64,000 bases of DNA from Eledone cirrhosa (taxonomy: Eukaryota). The position numbers and the translations under genes were made by a program. Below, one piece after another: positions 39,240 through 53,784 of this stretch (positions within the stretch are counted from its first letter, which is position 1; the number at the start of each line of letters is the position of its first letter). A model generated the notes under the pieces. The model did not search any database. It was not told the origin of the DNA and worked only from the letters and a program-made list of their open reading frames with translations. The stretch is from contig OZ024742.1 in the NCBI GenBank assembly GCA_964016885.1, positions 29,140,001 to 29,204,000 of the forward strand, read 5' to 3'.

Positions 39240-39790
39240 ATTCTTCTTCACCTGTCCTGAAGTTTGGTGGACTGTTGGGGCGCCACACATGACGTCGTAA
39301 CCATTTGCTGCCATCCCTCTCGCCACTTCGCCCCCCTCATAGTTGCACCAAGCCTCATCCCTGACCATTCCTGGATTATATCCTCTCATCTCTTTCTCTG
39401 AAGGCGCATGGCTTAGTGGTTAGAGCATTGGGCTTGCAATCGAAAGGTTGTGAGTTCAATTCTCAGACCGAGTGATGTGTTGTTTCCTTGAGCAAGACAC
39501 TTTATTTCACGTTACTCCAGTTTACTCAGCTGTAGAAATGAGATGTTAGGACTGGGGTCCCTATCATTAAATCACCCAAGACACCTCCAACGAGATATAC
39601 CTTGGAGGAGGCCAGCTAATCCTACAAAGGTGTGAGCTATAACAACAACAACAACAACATTTCTTTCTCTGTCTGCCTCTCTACCTCCCTCTTTGTACTG
39701 TTCCCTGCGGGACAGTTTTAGCAACCCCTGAGGATCTTGTCACGTGGCCATACCATCTCAATTTGTTTTGTTTTTTTACAATGGTCAAAT
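39240..39790 (-). mobile_element. RTE-clade LINE 3' fragment interrupted by a SINE
   Basis: Joined minus-strand translation LRWYGHVTRSSGVAKTVPQGTVQRGR*RGRQRKR*EDIIQEWSG...VAPQQSTKLQDR*. Confidence 0.85.
39401..39657 (+). mobile_element. tRNA-derived SINE (family 1) with (AAC)n tail and 14-bp TSD
   Basis: tggcttagtgg A box, gagttcaattc B box; catctctttctctg at 39387-39400 versus catttctttctctg at 39658-39671. Confidence 0.88.
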
Positions 39791-40167
39791 TCTGTTTCGC
39801 ACCTCCGCATTTCAGATGCTGACTCTGCCTGTTACTAATTCCTAGACCAGTAATTCTCAGCGCGTAGTCTTAGGCGTAGATGCGTGCCTGAGAAAATTTG
39901 TTAAATGTATCTAGGGTTTGGTCCAAGGCCTATAGGTGGGATTTGAACTTCTGTTTTTGTTTCCACTGGCGTAAAATTATGAAAACAGAAACTAATTTAA
40001 AGGCAAATAATTCAGAATTTATTTAAATAAAATTTTCGATGTTTTCATTTTATAACCAGAATAATTTCAATGTAGTCTTTAGATAAGGGACTGGTAGGAT
40101 GTGATGTTTGTTCTTCCGCAGCACGACCTATTATATGTATGAATGGTTGTGTGGTTTTTGTTGTTTT

Positions 40168-40361
40168 ATTGGCAGTATCGGTAGTTAATAGAAGAACATG
40201 CTTTACAGCATAGAGTTACGGCCTTTTACGACCTGAGTTCAAATTCCGCGAGGTTAGCTTTGCCTTTCATCCTTATTGGGGTCGATAAAATAAAGTACCA
40301 GTAATACACCGGTGGCCATTTAATCCTCAAAATTGTTGATCTTTTGCCTAAATCAGAAACC
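40168..40361 (+). mobile_element. tRNA-derived SINE (family 2, Meta-domain-like core)
   Basis: gagttcaaattcc B box, then tttgcctttcatcct...ggggtcgataaaataaagtaccag. Confidence 0.82.
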
Positions 40362-40989
40362 GCTGTTTTATAAATTTCCAACAATACAGAGAGAGCCTGT
40401 TTCTAACATAGAAATAAGACTTATTGGACTTTAGACAACATCAATAAGGTAAATATGTATGTGTGCGTGTGTGCGTGTTAGTATAGGTGTTATTGCATGT
40501 GTGGGTCTGTATGTTTTGAGTTATATGTGTACACATACATACGTTTCTGTATCTATACATGTGTATATGCAGTTGTTACATGTAGAATTTCTGAAATGTG
40601 TTATATATATTTACAGTTCCAATAATTGGGCTCTTTCTAATTCCTAACTAGCCGTGTATGTACGTATGTTTGACAACAGGTCAGTGGCTTTAGTCTACAA
40701 GGGTAATGTCATGTGTAAATGTAGTGGTAAGGAGAGAATGTAGACGTTATTGTGGTGGTCGGGAGTAGTGAGATGTATCTAGTTCATTTGTCCGTTTTCT
40801 TCTCTTTGCAAAATTTGAATTTTAGCCATGTTATATTGAGATGTAAGTATGATAAATGTAAAATATGAAATATAAATAAGGATTAATCTGGCAAAATATA
40901 CGAAAATATTTGCGTAACTTCCACAAACTTCTGTCATAATATTTCCGAGTCCAGTGAGCAAAAATTTGTTGTATTTTGATGTTTCAGAA

Positions 40990-41927
40990 CACAAAAATTA
41001 ATGAAATCCCACTCAGGATTAGGAAAGCATGTGATGCTTTCGGAAAGCTAGAAAGGCGACTCTGGAGTCGGCGAGACATATGCAAGAAGACAAAGATAAG
41101 GGTGTACAAGATAGGTGTGCTATCTTCTCTTCTTTATGCCTGCGAGACCTTGGTCACATATCGACACCACCTTAAGCAATTGGAGCGTTTCCATCAGATG
41201 TGTCTCAGACGGATCCATGGCGTTCACTGGAGGGACCACATCAGTGATGTCGAGATTTTGGAAAGCTCTCTGTGTGACAGTATAGAAGCTCTTGTGCTTA
41301 AGCAAAGAATCCGTAGGAGTGGTCACCTTGCCAGGATGAAGGATTCTAGAATACCAAAACAACTCTTTTATGGAGAGTTAGACGACCTCCACATAAACCA
41401 AAAAAGAGGTATAAGGATTCCTTGAAAGCCTCTTTGAAAGACGCTAACACCTCTGCTGATACATGGGAAAATGTTGCTGCTGATCGTAATAAATGGAGGA
41501 CTGTATATGAGGGGAAAGTTGCTTTGAGGCATCTCGAATCGCATACGAGAAAGTAAAGCGGGATGTGAGGAAGGGCATTGCTGTTGCACTTCCAGACGGC
41601 GAAGGTCCTCCTATAGCGCTGACATGCAGCGTCTGTGCGAGACTCTGCCTAAGCAAAGCTGGACTCGAAAGTCATCTTCGCAGTCATAAAGTAAGACCAG
41701 TGGTTGACTACCAGGCTGCTGTTGGAGATGCTACTCATCATGCTTGCCAAGCATGTGGTAGATAATGTAATCAGCAGGAGGGCTGAAACGACATGCAAAA
41801 GTACACGAACTCCAACCACGGCCGGCTATTCCCAGTGAGAGCTTTGGTTGCCAATTCTGTGCAAGACATTTTAGATCATTGCTGGGTTAAAAAGCCACAT
41901 TCGATCGCAGCGCTGTTAATTGCTATC
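40990..41927 (+). mobile_element. RTE/BovB-like LINE 3' fragment with C2H2 zinc-finger tail
   Basis: RIRKACDAFGKL...TKIRVY...LLYACET...LERFHQMCLRRI...GHLARMKDSRIPKQLFYGEL, then CSVCARLCLSKAGLESHLRSH. Confidence 0.9.
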
Positions 41928-41952
41928 GTGTGTGTGTGTGTAGATATGTTTA

Positions 41953-42008
<56 letters not shown>

Positions 42009-42096
42009 TAGATATATATATATATAAATATGTATATATATATATATATATATATGTATATTATTATTGTTGTTGTTGTCGTTATTATTGTTGTTG

Positions 42097-42136
<40 letters not shown>

Positions 42137-42154
42137 GTTTTTCTTTCTCGTACA

Positions 42155-42590
42155 ATGGCCATACTCGATAACGAGTTGGCAGCGATCATGTATGTATGTA
42201 TGTATGAACTCATAAGCGTCAACGGCCATCCAAAAGTGTGTAAATATGTATATACACATGTACCGCACGGTTAAACCACTGGGAGTGAAGGACCCCTAGC
42301 CTTTGTCAAGGCATTCTTCTAGGAGAAGGCAACTCAGTAAACTGGGATGACTCCGATATAAAACCTGCGGCTCAGTAGTTACCGGTGATGTTGATCTTTT
42401 CTTCTTTTCGGGTTATAGCTACTGTCGCTCAGAGAGTGGGATTGGTTCAGTGCACAGTCTTTCCTCACTTTAAAAAATATCTTCATGCACAGGCATTGCA
42501 CGATAGAATTAATTAATAATTATTAATAATGGTATATCATGCAATGACCATACTCGATAACGAGGGGGCAGCCAGCATGTGGTATGTATG
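42155..42590 (+). mobile_element. RTE-derived non-autonomous element (short 3' tail copy plus a longer copy)
   Basis: ccatactcgataacgag..ggcagc tail followed by (TATG)n; gcctttgtcaaggca..tctaggagaagg and gatataaaacctgcg blocks shared with 51455 and 55300. Confidence 0.7.
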
Positions 42591-43427
42591 ATGTGTATGT
42601 ATATTTTGTTCCCTGACTACATAAGCGACCTATGGAAGCCTATGAACAGAAGCGATACCTCTAATCTCACTAGCAAGATCAAATGAGCGGCAGGAAAATA
42701 TGTCATCAGCTAATTTAACTAGAAACCTTGCCAGCATGAAAGAGCGGGCAGTTGATTGGGAATGTAATTTGAGTCATCAATGTGTAAACAGCAGTTTAAT
42801 TAAGGCAAAGCAGCCAATAAAACATCGCAGAGCACTTTGGGAATTGCAAGCTCCCTATTAAAAATCAACTGCAAAAAAAAAAAAAATAATAATAATAATA
42901 AAAATAATAATTTCTTTATTTCTTTATTGGCCACTGGGGCCTAAATAGAGGGGACAATACAAAGACAGGGACAGCGGGGTTTTACAATAAAATAGAGTAA
43001 AAAAAAAATTATTAATTTTATTATTATTTGTTCATTTTATTTGCCCAGACGTTCTCTGCAAATAGTGTCGCCCGCCTCTATTACCAATCCTCCACAGAAC
43101 GCTAACGTCTAAACTACATTGAGCGCTTTAAATGGTTGGTATAAGAATCAGAGATCATTTCGATTTGATGTTTTCTTTACCCCAGGTAAGCAACATTGTT
43201 GATGAGATAGATGACCTGTGAGAAAGTCTGTTGGCCAAAGCGTGACCATACCTGTTCATTGACCGTCTGTAATCTCTGCAGAGATGGCATCTTCGGAGCA
43301 TGCGCAACGTGCTATCATGTATATGGCACAAAAAGCTAGCTACACAGATAGTGTTATCAGCAGATTGATACCATCTCCTTCCCAAGAGCAGACAAGCCAC
43401 CCTAGTCAGGCGAACACTAGAGCAAGG

Positions 43428-43716
43428 CAGGGTACGATAGTCAGGTGTTAATGGTATTGGACTTACGATCATAAAGTCGTTGGTAAGATTCCTCGACTGG
43501 GATTTGTGCTGTGTTCTTGAGCAAAACACTTCACTTCACGTTGCTTTAATATACTCAGCTGAAAATGAATACCAGCAACAATAGCTGGGGGTTTAATCCT
43601 GTGATGGACTGGGGTCTTTTCCAGGCGGTGGCGTTGTATCTCAATAGCCTCACGCTACGGAAACCGGGAAAAGCACCGGCCCGATGTGCTTCCGGGCTCC
43701 AGACAGACTTTAGACA
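43428..43716 (+). mobile_element. tRNA-derived SINE (family 1), diverged
   Basis: gtgttcttgagcaaaacactt...ctcagctgaaaatgaatacc...gtgatggactgg...cagactttagac; collinear with 470-725. Confidence 0.78.
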
Positions 43717-43961
43717 TAATAATATATATATATATGTTCGCCTCTTCTACCCGGCATGTCAATATACCTTCTTAACAATCTATTACTGGGTGAGATTGGC
43801 TATCCTGCTTCTAAGCTCTTCCCAGATATTGTGCCCCTGGAGGTGGTGGAGGGATCCGTATCCCAAATAGATTAACCAGTCCGTAGCTTTAGCACTTTCA
43901 ATTTAGTAATTAAAGAGCCGGAACACACATCACAAAGATTCTGCATATCAACGGCACATAC

Positions 43962-44210
43962 TGTTGGTAAAACGGTGGCACATTTTGTTGGTAAAACGGT
44001 GGCACATTTTGTTGGTAAAATAGTGACACATTTTGTTGGTAAAACGGTGGCACATTTTGTTGGTAAAATAGTGACACATTTTGTTGGTAAAACGGTGGCA
44101 CATTTTGTTGGTAAAATAGTGACACATTTTGTTAGTAAAACGGTGGCACGTTTTGTTGGTAAAATAGTGACACATTTTGTTGGTAAAATAGTGGCACATT
44201 TTGTTGGTAA
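43962..44210. repeat. 25-bp minisatellite with alternating variants
   Basis: tgttggtaaaacggtggcacatttt alternates with tgttggtaaaatagtgacacatttt. Confidence 0.95.
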
Positions 44211-44369
44211 CACCAGCAGACCATCTATACTTATAATGATATATATCTTTATCTGTTGAAGAAATCTGCAGTTTTCAGACCTAGAGAGATGGGCTCTGCC
44301 AGGCTTAAAATCTCCAAGAAACGCCGTATTCCACTACAACACACCTACCGCTCTATCGGGAGTTACGGG

Positions 44370-44660
44370 ACTATAACATACTATAACATACCATACTATA
44401 ACACACCATACCATACCATACTATAACATGCCATACTATAACATATTATACCATACCATAACATACTATATCATACTATAACATACCATACCATACCATA
44501 ACATATTATACCATAACATAACATACTATACCATACCATACTATACCATACTATAACATACTATACCATACCATACTACAACATACTATAACATTCCATA
44601 CCATACCATACTATAACATACCATACCATACCATACCATTCCATACCATACTATACCATA
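44370..44660. repeat. Pentanucleotide-based repeat (CCATA/CTATA/ACATA)
   Basis: Direct reading. Confidence 0.93.
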
Positions 44661-45075
44661 ATATTGTATTTCAGTTGTACCTCATCTGGTTTATTAAATA
44701 TATATACATACCAACATATCTTTAGTTATTTTCACGACATAGTTTTTTTATTTTGGGGGCGGAGATGAGGATTTCTACGCCCTTGTGGTCGATGTAGATA
44801 AAGGATTCTCATTATAGTTGATAGTGTTGTTGTTGTTGTTGTTGCTGACACGGCTGCCACTGTTGCTGCTGTTGTTGTTGTTGAGGTAGGCACGTGCAAA
44901 ATAAAGATGAAACTAATATCAAAATATAAATATGGAAATAACGAGTAGCGTTGCTGTTGTTATGGTGACACAATTTTATTGTTGCTAATGGTTGCAAACA
45001 GCAATTAATCGAAAGAAAGCTGTTTATATACATGTGTACAAGTGTACACACAACCTCCACCCTATTGTACAATAT

Positions 45076-45293
<218 letters not shown>

Positions 45294-45432
45294 AATGAGA
45301 GGTATAGAGATTGTTTTAGCAAGAAGCTAACGGCATTCTATAACATATATGCGACTATAACGTCAAGATGGGAAAAGTAGTTAACGAAAGATTTAGGAAA
45401 AACATATATATATATATACACATATATATGTG

Positions 45433-45488
<56 letters not shown>

Positions 45489-45494
45489 TATGTG

Positions 45495-45526
<32 letters not shown>

Positions 45527-46222
45527 TTGTTATATTTGGGGAGGGTCATATTTGCGTAATATTGCCAGAATTAATAACAGAACACACTCACTGTTTGGTT
45601 GGTTTTCGCTTCTCGCTGTCTTTTATATATATATATCTGCAATCTAACTTACTCGGTCCTCAATGTTGCCATTGACTGACCGGCGGTCAAAAATAATACA
45701 GATACAATATAGACAAACACATATATATATAGTTTACATAATTTACATAAATCTTTCGTTGCACATCTGCAACATCGTCAGTGGTGTTATATTCATTGTT
45801 CCTCAAGTTGTGTTATATGTCTACGCCATTTTTTTTGTTCAGTCTGTCTATATATTTATTTATTTATTTGCTTGTTTGTTTATCTTATTTTATTTTGTCT
45901 TCTTTGCGCATGCGTTTGCGTGTGTGTATAGTGTTATGTGTGATGTGTGACTAGTGTGTATAGTGTTGTGTCTGCTGGGTGACTAGTGTGTGTTTATGTG
46001 CTTGTGTATGTATTTATTTATCTTATTTTATTTATTTAATTTAATTTACTTATTTATTTATACTTCTCTTAGGTCAGTGTTGTTTGTTTGGGTGTTGTTG
46101 TTGTTCCACTCATTCTTTCTGTTTAGCTTTGGTCTTCTAATTTCTATTTCACTGGCCTCTCTGATTTGCCTATCTGCTGGGTCATTCCTATGTTTAGATA
46201 TTATTCTAATTTCTATGTTGTC

Positions 46223-46296
46223 TATGTTACCGTCATGTTGTTGTCTAGCATGTTCGTATAGTAGAACATGCTAGACAACAACATGACGGTAACATA
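46223..46296. repeat. Perfect 33-bp inverted repeat with 8-nt loop
   Basis: tatgttaccgtcatgttgttgtctagcatgttc gtatagta gaacatgctagacaacaacatgacggtaacata. Confidence 0.95.
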
Positions 46297-46311
46297 CATG
46301 ACGGTAACATA

Positions 46312-49300
46312 CGTCCACCACCACCACCACCACCACCACTACCGCGTCCACCACCACCACCACCACCACCACCGCGTCCACCACCACCACCACCACCACC
46401 ACTACCGCGTCCACCACCACCACCACCACCACCACCACTACCGCGTCCACCACCACCACCACCACCACCACTACCGCGTCCACCACCACCACCACCACCA
46501 CCACCACTACCGCGTCCACCACCACCACCACCACCACTACCGCGTCCACCACCACCACCACCACCACTACCGCGTCCACCACCACCACTACCGCGTCCAC
46601 CACCACCACCACCACCACTACCGCGTCCACCACCACCACCTCCAGCACTACCACCTCCACCACCACCACCACCAGCACTACCGCGTCCACCACCACCACC
46701 ACCTCCAGCACTACCACCTCCACCACCACCACCACCACCACTACCGCGTCCACCACCACCACCACCACCACCACTACCGCGTCCACCACCACCACCACCA
46801 CCACCACCACTACCGCGTCCAGCACCACCACCACCACCACTACCGCGTCCACCACCACCACCACCACCACCACTACCGCGTCCACCACCACCACCACCAC
46901 CACCACCACTACCACCTCCACCACCACCACCACCACCACTACCGCGTCCACCACCACCACCACCACCACCACCACTACCGCGTCCACCACCACCACCACC
47001 ACCACTACCGCGTCCACCACCACCACCACCACCACTACCGCGTCCACCACCACCACCACCACCACCACTACCGCGTCCACCACCACCACCACCACCACCA
47101 CCACTACCGCGTCCACCACCACCACCACCACCACTACCGCGTCCACCACCACCACCACCACCACCACTACCGCGTCCAGCACCACCACCACCACGACTAC
47201 CGCGTCCACCACCACCACCACCAGCACTACCGCGTCCACCACCACCACCACCACCACTACCGCGTCCACCACCACCACCACCACCACCACCACCACCACT
47301 ACCGCGTCCACCACCACCACCACCACCACTACCGCGTCCACCACCACCACCACCACCACTACCGCGTCCACCACCACCACCTCCAGCACTACCACCTCCA
47401 CCACCACCACCACCACCACTACCGCGTCCACCACCACCACCTCCAGCACTACCACCTCCACCACCACCACCACCACCACTACCGCGTCCACCACCACCAC
47501 CTCCAGCACTACCACCTCCACCACCACCACCACCACCACTACCGCGTCCACCACCACCACCACCACTACCGCATCCACCACCACCACCACCACTACCGCG
47601 TCCACCACCACCACCACCACCACCACCACCACTACCGCGTCCACCACCACCACCACCACCACTACCGCGTCCACCACCACCACCACCACTACCGCGTCCA
47701 CCACCACCACCACCACCACTACCGCGTCCACCACCACCACCACCACCACCACCACCACCACCACTACCGCGTCCACCACCACCACCACCACCACTACCGC
47801 GTCCACCACCACCACCACCACCACTACCGCGTCCACCACCACCACCACCACCACTACCACCTCCACCACCACCACCACCACTACCGCGTCCACCACCACC
47901 ACCTCCAGCACTACCACCTCCACCACCACCACCACCAGCACTACCGCGTCCACCACCACCACCACCACCACCACCACTACCGCGTCCAGCACCACCACCA
48001 CCACCACTACCGCGTCCACCACCACCACCACCACCACCACTACCGCGTCCACCACCACCACCACCACCACCACCACCGCGTCCACCACCACCACCACCAC
48101 CACCACCACCACTACCGCGTCCACCACCACCACCACCACCACCACTACCGCGTCCACCACCACCACCACCACCACCACCACCGCGTCCACCACCACCACC
48201 ACCACCACCACCACCACTACCGCATCCACCACCACCACCACCACTACCGCGTCCACCACCACCACCACCACCACCACCACCACTACCGCGTCCACCACCA
48301 CCACCACCACCACTACCGCGTCCACCACCACCACCACCACTACCGCGTCCACCACCACCACCACCACCACTACCGCGTCCACCACCACCACCACCACCAC
48401 CACCACCACCACTACCGCGTCCACCACCACCACCACCACCACTACCGCGTCCACCACCACCACCACCACCACTACCGCGTCCACCACCACCACCACCACC
48501 ACTACCACCTCCACCACCACCACCACCACTACCGCGTCCACCACCACCACCTCCAGCACTACCACCTCCACCACCACCACCACCACCACTACCGCGTCCA
48601 CCACCACCACCACCACCACTACCGCGTCCACCACCACCACCACCACTACCGCGTCCACCACCACCACCACCACTACCGCGTCCACCACCACCACCACCAC
48701 CACCACCACCACCACTACCGCGTCCACCACCACCACCACCACTACCGCGTCCACCACCACCACCACCACCACCACCACCACCACTACCGCGTCCACCGCC
48801 ACCACCACCACTACCGCGTCCACCACCACCACCACCACTACCGCGTCCACCACCACCACCACCACTACCGCGTCCACCACCACCACCACCACCACCACCA
48901 CCACCACCAACACTACCGCGTCCACCACCACCACCACCACTACCGCGTCCACCACCACCACCACCACTACCGCGTCCACCACCACCACCACCACTACCGC
49001 GTCCACCACCACCACCACCACCACCACCACTACCACTACCGCGTCCACCACCACCACCACCACTACCGCGTCCACCACCACCACCACCACTACCGCGTCC
49101 ACCACCACCACCACCACCACCACCACCACCACTACCGCGTCCACCACCACCACCACCACCACTACCGCGTCCACCACCACCACCACCACTACCGCGTCCA
49201 CCACCACCACCACCACCACCACCACCTCCACCACCACCACCACCACCACTACCGCGTCCACCACCACCACCACCACCACTACCACCTCCACCACCACCAC

Positions 49301-50108
49301 CACCACCACTACCGCGTCCACCACCACCACCTCCAGCACTACCACCTCCACCACCACCACCACCAGCACTACCGCGTCCACCACCACCACCACCACCACC
49401 ACCACTACCGCGTCCAGCACCACCACCACCACCACTACCGCGTCCACCACCACCACCACCACCACCACTACCGCGTCCAGCACCACCACCACTACCGCGT
49501 CCACCACCACCACCACCACCACCACTACCGCGTCCACCACCACCACCACCACCACCACTACCGCGTCCACCACCACCACCACCACCACCACCACTACCGC
49601 GTCCACCACCACCACCACCACCACTACCGCGTCCACCACCACCACCTCCAGCACTACCACCTCCACCACCACCACCACCAGCACTACCGCGTCCACCACC
49701 ACCACCACTACCACCACTACCGCGTCCACCACCACCACCACTACCACGTCCACCACCACCACCTCCAGCACTACCACCTCCACCACCACCACCACCAGCA
49801 CTACCGCGTCCACCACCACCACCACTACCACCACTACCGCGTCCACCACCACCAGCACTACCACGTCCACCACCACCACCACCAGCACTACCGCGTCCAC
49901 CACCACCATCACCACCATCACTACCACGTCCACCATCACCGCCCACCATTACCACCACCACTACCACCACTACCACTACCACTACCACGTCCACCACCAC
50001 CACCAGCACTACCACGTCCACCACCACGTCCACCACCACCACCACGTGCACCACCACCACCACCATTACCACCACCACCACCACCACCAATACCAACACC
50101 ACCACCAC
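46312..50108. repeat. About 3.8-kb (CCA/TGG)n tract punctuated by ctaccgcgt
   Basis: Direct reading; all units are multiples of 3, which keeps frames open. Confidence 0.97.
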
Positions 50109-50685
50109 AGAAAGACTGCGTATGGAAGTGTATATGTGTTTGTGTGAGACTGTATCAGTGTGTGTATGTGTATGTTTATTTCTGTCTGTGTAAGTATATC
50201 AGTGTATGTACATGTATGTGTATTTATGTGAGAGTGTATGTGTATTTGTGCGGGAGTATATCAGTGTGTGTATGTGTATAAATGTCTGTGTAAGTGTATC
50301 AGTTTATGTACATGTATGCGTATTTATGTGAGAGTGTATGTGTGTTTGTGTGGGAGTGTATCAGTGTGTGTATGTGTATAAATGTTTGTGTATGTACATG
50401 TATGTGTATTTATATGAGAGAAAGACTGTATGTAAGTGTTGTACATGAGACAGTATATATGAAACTATGAGTGTTTGTATGAAATAGTTGCCTTTCATCC
50501 GACCAGTACTGAATTCTTAATAAACCACCTGCTGCTGCTATTAAGATTTGTTAAGCAAACCCATTTATTACGTATTAATTAATAACCAGCTATAAATGAT
50601 TTTTTACGTATATCTTAATTGCTTGTTCTTGCTACATATACATATGTTACTACATTCATACGTATGTATGTTATATAGAGAGTTA

Positions 50686-50737
<52 letters not shown>

Positions 50738-50811
50738 GGTGGGTGGGTGGGTGGGTGGGTGTATGTGTTTGTATACATGTATATATATATGTGTATATGT
50801 ATAGATATATA

Positions 50812-50896
<85 letters not shown>

Positions 50897-50940
50897 GTTG
50901 ACAGATAATATGCATCTTCATTTATATAATTATATTATAA

Positions 50941-51026
50941 AGAATTGGAACCCGGTGGCTGAGCTCCTGCCGTTTCAATAGAACTAGCCGTTGAAATGGC
51001 AAGAGCTCAGCCGCGGGTCCTGACTC

Positions 51027-51027
<1 letters not shown>
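50941..51027. repeat. About 87-bp imperfect hairpin within TA-rich flanks
   Basis: ggctgagctcctgccgtttcaa pairs with ttgaaatggcaagagctcagcc across a 12-nt loop; outer arms also pair. Confidence 0.85.
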
Positions 51028-51109
<82 letters not shown>

Positions 51110-51454
51110 AAATCTCTTTCTGTCTTTTTGTGATATATATATACACACATACATATATAAATACAATATAAATCTAGCATTAAGGAGCGCACCAACAAAT
51201 TAACCGATATACATACCCTACTTTACAAACAGAGCAAAGAAAACTTGTGGACACCTTACTATGAAATAACAGACAATTATCTGAACGTCACATGGGCTAG
51301 ATGTATGAAGACAACCTTCGAAACCCTTAACCTTTTGATATATGTCTCTGCTATCATATAGCTGGCCTATCGTAAAGAGCTGGAGCCACGCATTCGAGAT
51401 ACCAGCAGAAAGCCTGAAGCCGTATAGACAGGTAACTTAAAATATATAATTTTA

Positions 51455-52275
51455 AACCCGTCAAAGGGAGGAGGAACTCAGGGGAGTCAATGGCCATCCA
51501 ATAAATTTTTTTTGTGTGGAGCGAGAGACTCCTAATCATCTCTCTAGGAGAAGCTCACTCTGATATAAAACCTGCGAATTCCTTTGCATCCAATGATGTA
51601 GACCAGTTCTTCTTTGGGGGAAAATGCATTCGATGTTCAGAGAGTGGATTTGCCTCGGTGCAAAACCTATCCTCAATTAAAGTAATCTTGACGCACAGGC
51701 ATCGCTTCATATATGACATTGTTTACGATGCATGGTATTGATGGTCATAAACAAGTCCCTACCAGGGCTAAAAAAGCCACGTCTGCGCGATGCTCATGCT
51801 TAAATATCAAGCGATAGTATTATTCGAAATCAAGTTGCAGCCATCATCATCATGTTTGTATATGTGATTTTATGTATGTATGTATGTATGTATGTATGTA
51901 TGTATGTATGTATGTATGTATGTATGTATGTATGTATGTATGATGGTATCCAATGATGTTGACTTGTTCTTCTTTTTGGTAAATATCATCTTGGTTAAGA
52001 GAGTGGGACTGGCTTTGTGCAGTGCCTTTGCTCACTATAAAAGCTTCACGGCACAGGCTTTGCTTTATATCTGGAGATCTCTCTGCACTTGTCGTCACAT
52101 GGTACCATGGGCCCAGTACTATGTGTCAATAATTGTCACAAGTGTAGTGTTTGTACCAGAGTTTTCAAGTCGCTGGCTGGACTAAAAAGCCACACTCGTT
52201 CAGTGCATCGGTAGGGGTTCTCCTACATGGATATAAAGTGGTGGCCGTACTCGAAAACGAGTTGGCAGCCACCAT
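51455..52275 (+). mobile_element. Two tandem RTE-derived non-autonomous elements separated by (TATG)n
   Basis: 51455-51850 is diverged; 51943-52275 carries a [23 protein letters not shown] remnant (52143-52214) and the gtactcgaaaacgagttggcagccacc tail. Confidence 0.78.
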
Positions 52276-52796
52276 GTATGTATGTATGCATGTATGTATG
52301 TATGTATGTATGTATGTATGTATGTATGTATGTATGTATGTATGTATGTATGTATGTATGCATGCATGTATGTATTTATGCGTGTGTGTATGTATGTACA
52401 TACATATGATCTCTCATGGTGATGAATATATACATCAATTCAGCATGACCAAGACATCAGACGGAAGCTCCTTGACTCCAATCAAAAATGGAACTTGCAG
52501 AACTAGAGAATTGCGACTGCTCTTATGTATAATACACATTACGTATACCACCACATGTGAAAACCTACGGAAGTAGCGGTATATAATTGTCACAGAGATG
52601 CACAATAACCCGATTAACACCAGCTAAGCTTATCTGTCTCCATGTGGCTTCATGGTGAACATCTCATGACATCTGCTGCAACAACAATCAGAAGAAAATA
52701 ACTCTAAAATTACCAAAACAACATTAGAATTTCTTTTTTCACTCTAACATAGCGGATAGGTAAATCCATTCGTGAGTTTTATATTGAATAATAATT

Positions 52797-53378
52797 GTTT
52801 CTACTTTAGGCACAAGGCCAGCAATTACCCAGTGCATTACTGGTACTTTATTTTATCGACCCCGTAAGGATGAAAGGCAAAGTCAACCTCGGCGGGATTT
52901 GAACTCAGATCGTAAAGGGACGTAACTATGCTGGAAAGCATGGCGTCCGACCCTCTACCGATACTGCCAATCCGGCACAAGGCCAGCAATTATTCCAGTT
53001 CATTACTGCTACTTTATTTTATCGACCCCGTAAGGATGAAAGGCTCAGTTAACCTCAGCGGGATTTGAATTCAGACCATAAAGAGACGTAATTCTATGCT
53101 GCGAAGCTGGGTTTCCGACCCTCTACCAATACTGCCAGTCCACCGCTCTTATATCGAATAATAATGATTTCTAGTATAGACACAAGGCCAGTAAATTTAG
53201 AGGAATAGAAAGTCGATATTCGACTCCAGTATGTTACTGGCGCTTTATTTTATCGACCCCGTACGGATGAAAGGCACAGTTAACCTCAGCGGGATTTGAA
53301 CTCAGACAATAAAGAGCTGTAACTCTATGCTGCAAAGCATGGTGTCCGACTCTCCACCGATACTGTTAATCCACCACC
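52797..53378 (-). mobile_element. Three tandem copies of SINE family 2
   Basis: tttatcgaccccgtaaggatgaaaggc...gggatttgaactcag repeated three times. Confidence 0.88.
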
Positions 53379-53784
53379 CTATCGAATAATATAAATATTC
53401 GATTCGTTTACAAACAAACAGCCTCATTACGTTATGTTTTTTAGATGACCATCACCATCCTTTTGTTCTAGTGGTGACAGAGAGAAGCAATTGACAATAA
53501 TGTTGTTTCTGAGTTATTGCCCTTTGTGTGGGTCTTTCCTGTCAATCTTGCATGGTGACAAATGCTTGAGCAACATGGCTGCCACTTTTTCTGTTTTAAT
53601 CCAATAAAAAACAAACACAAAGTAAATTTAGCTCAGACTAATACAACACCGTAGATTTCCTGTGAAACTCTCTGTCTCTCATATGCTTTTTAGTAAACAT
53701 GTAAATACACACACACACACACACACCTCTCTCTCTCTATATATATATATAAAAGAAAATATCATTAATTAAAACAGGAAATGA

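Noticed and set aside
46245-50281. 1200-1300 aa poly-G/H/V ORFs (glycine- or histidine-rich protein)
   Set aside because: Open in multiple frames because of (CCA)n; no signal peptide, unique domain or clear splice sites
52430-52700. Possible host exon on the minus strand (acceptor-like ttgttgcag)
   Set aside because: Stops in all frames after the acceptor and no recognisable protein
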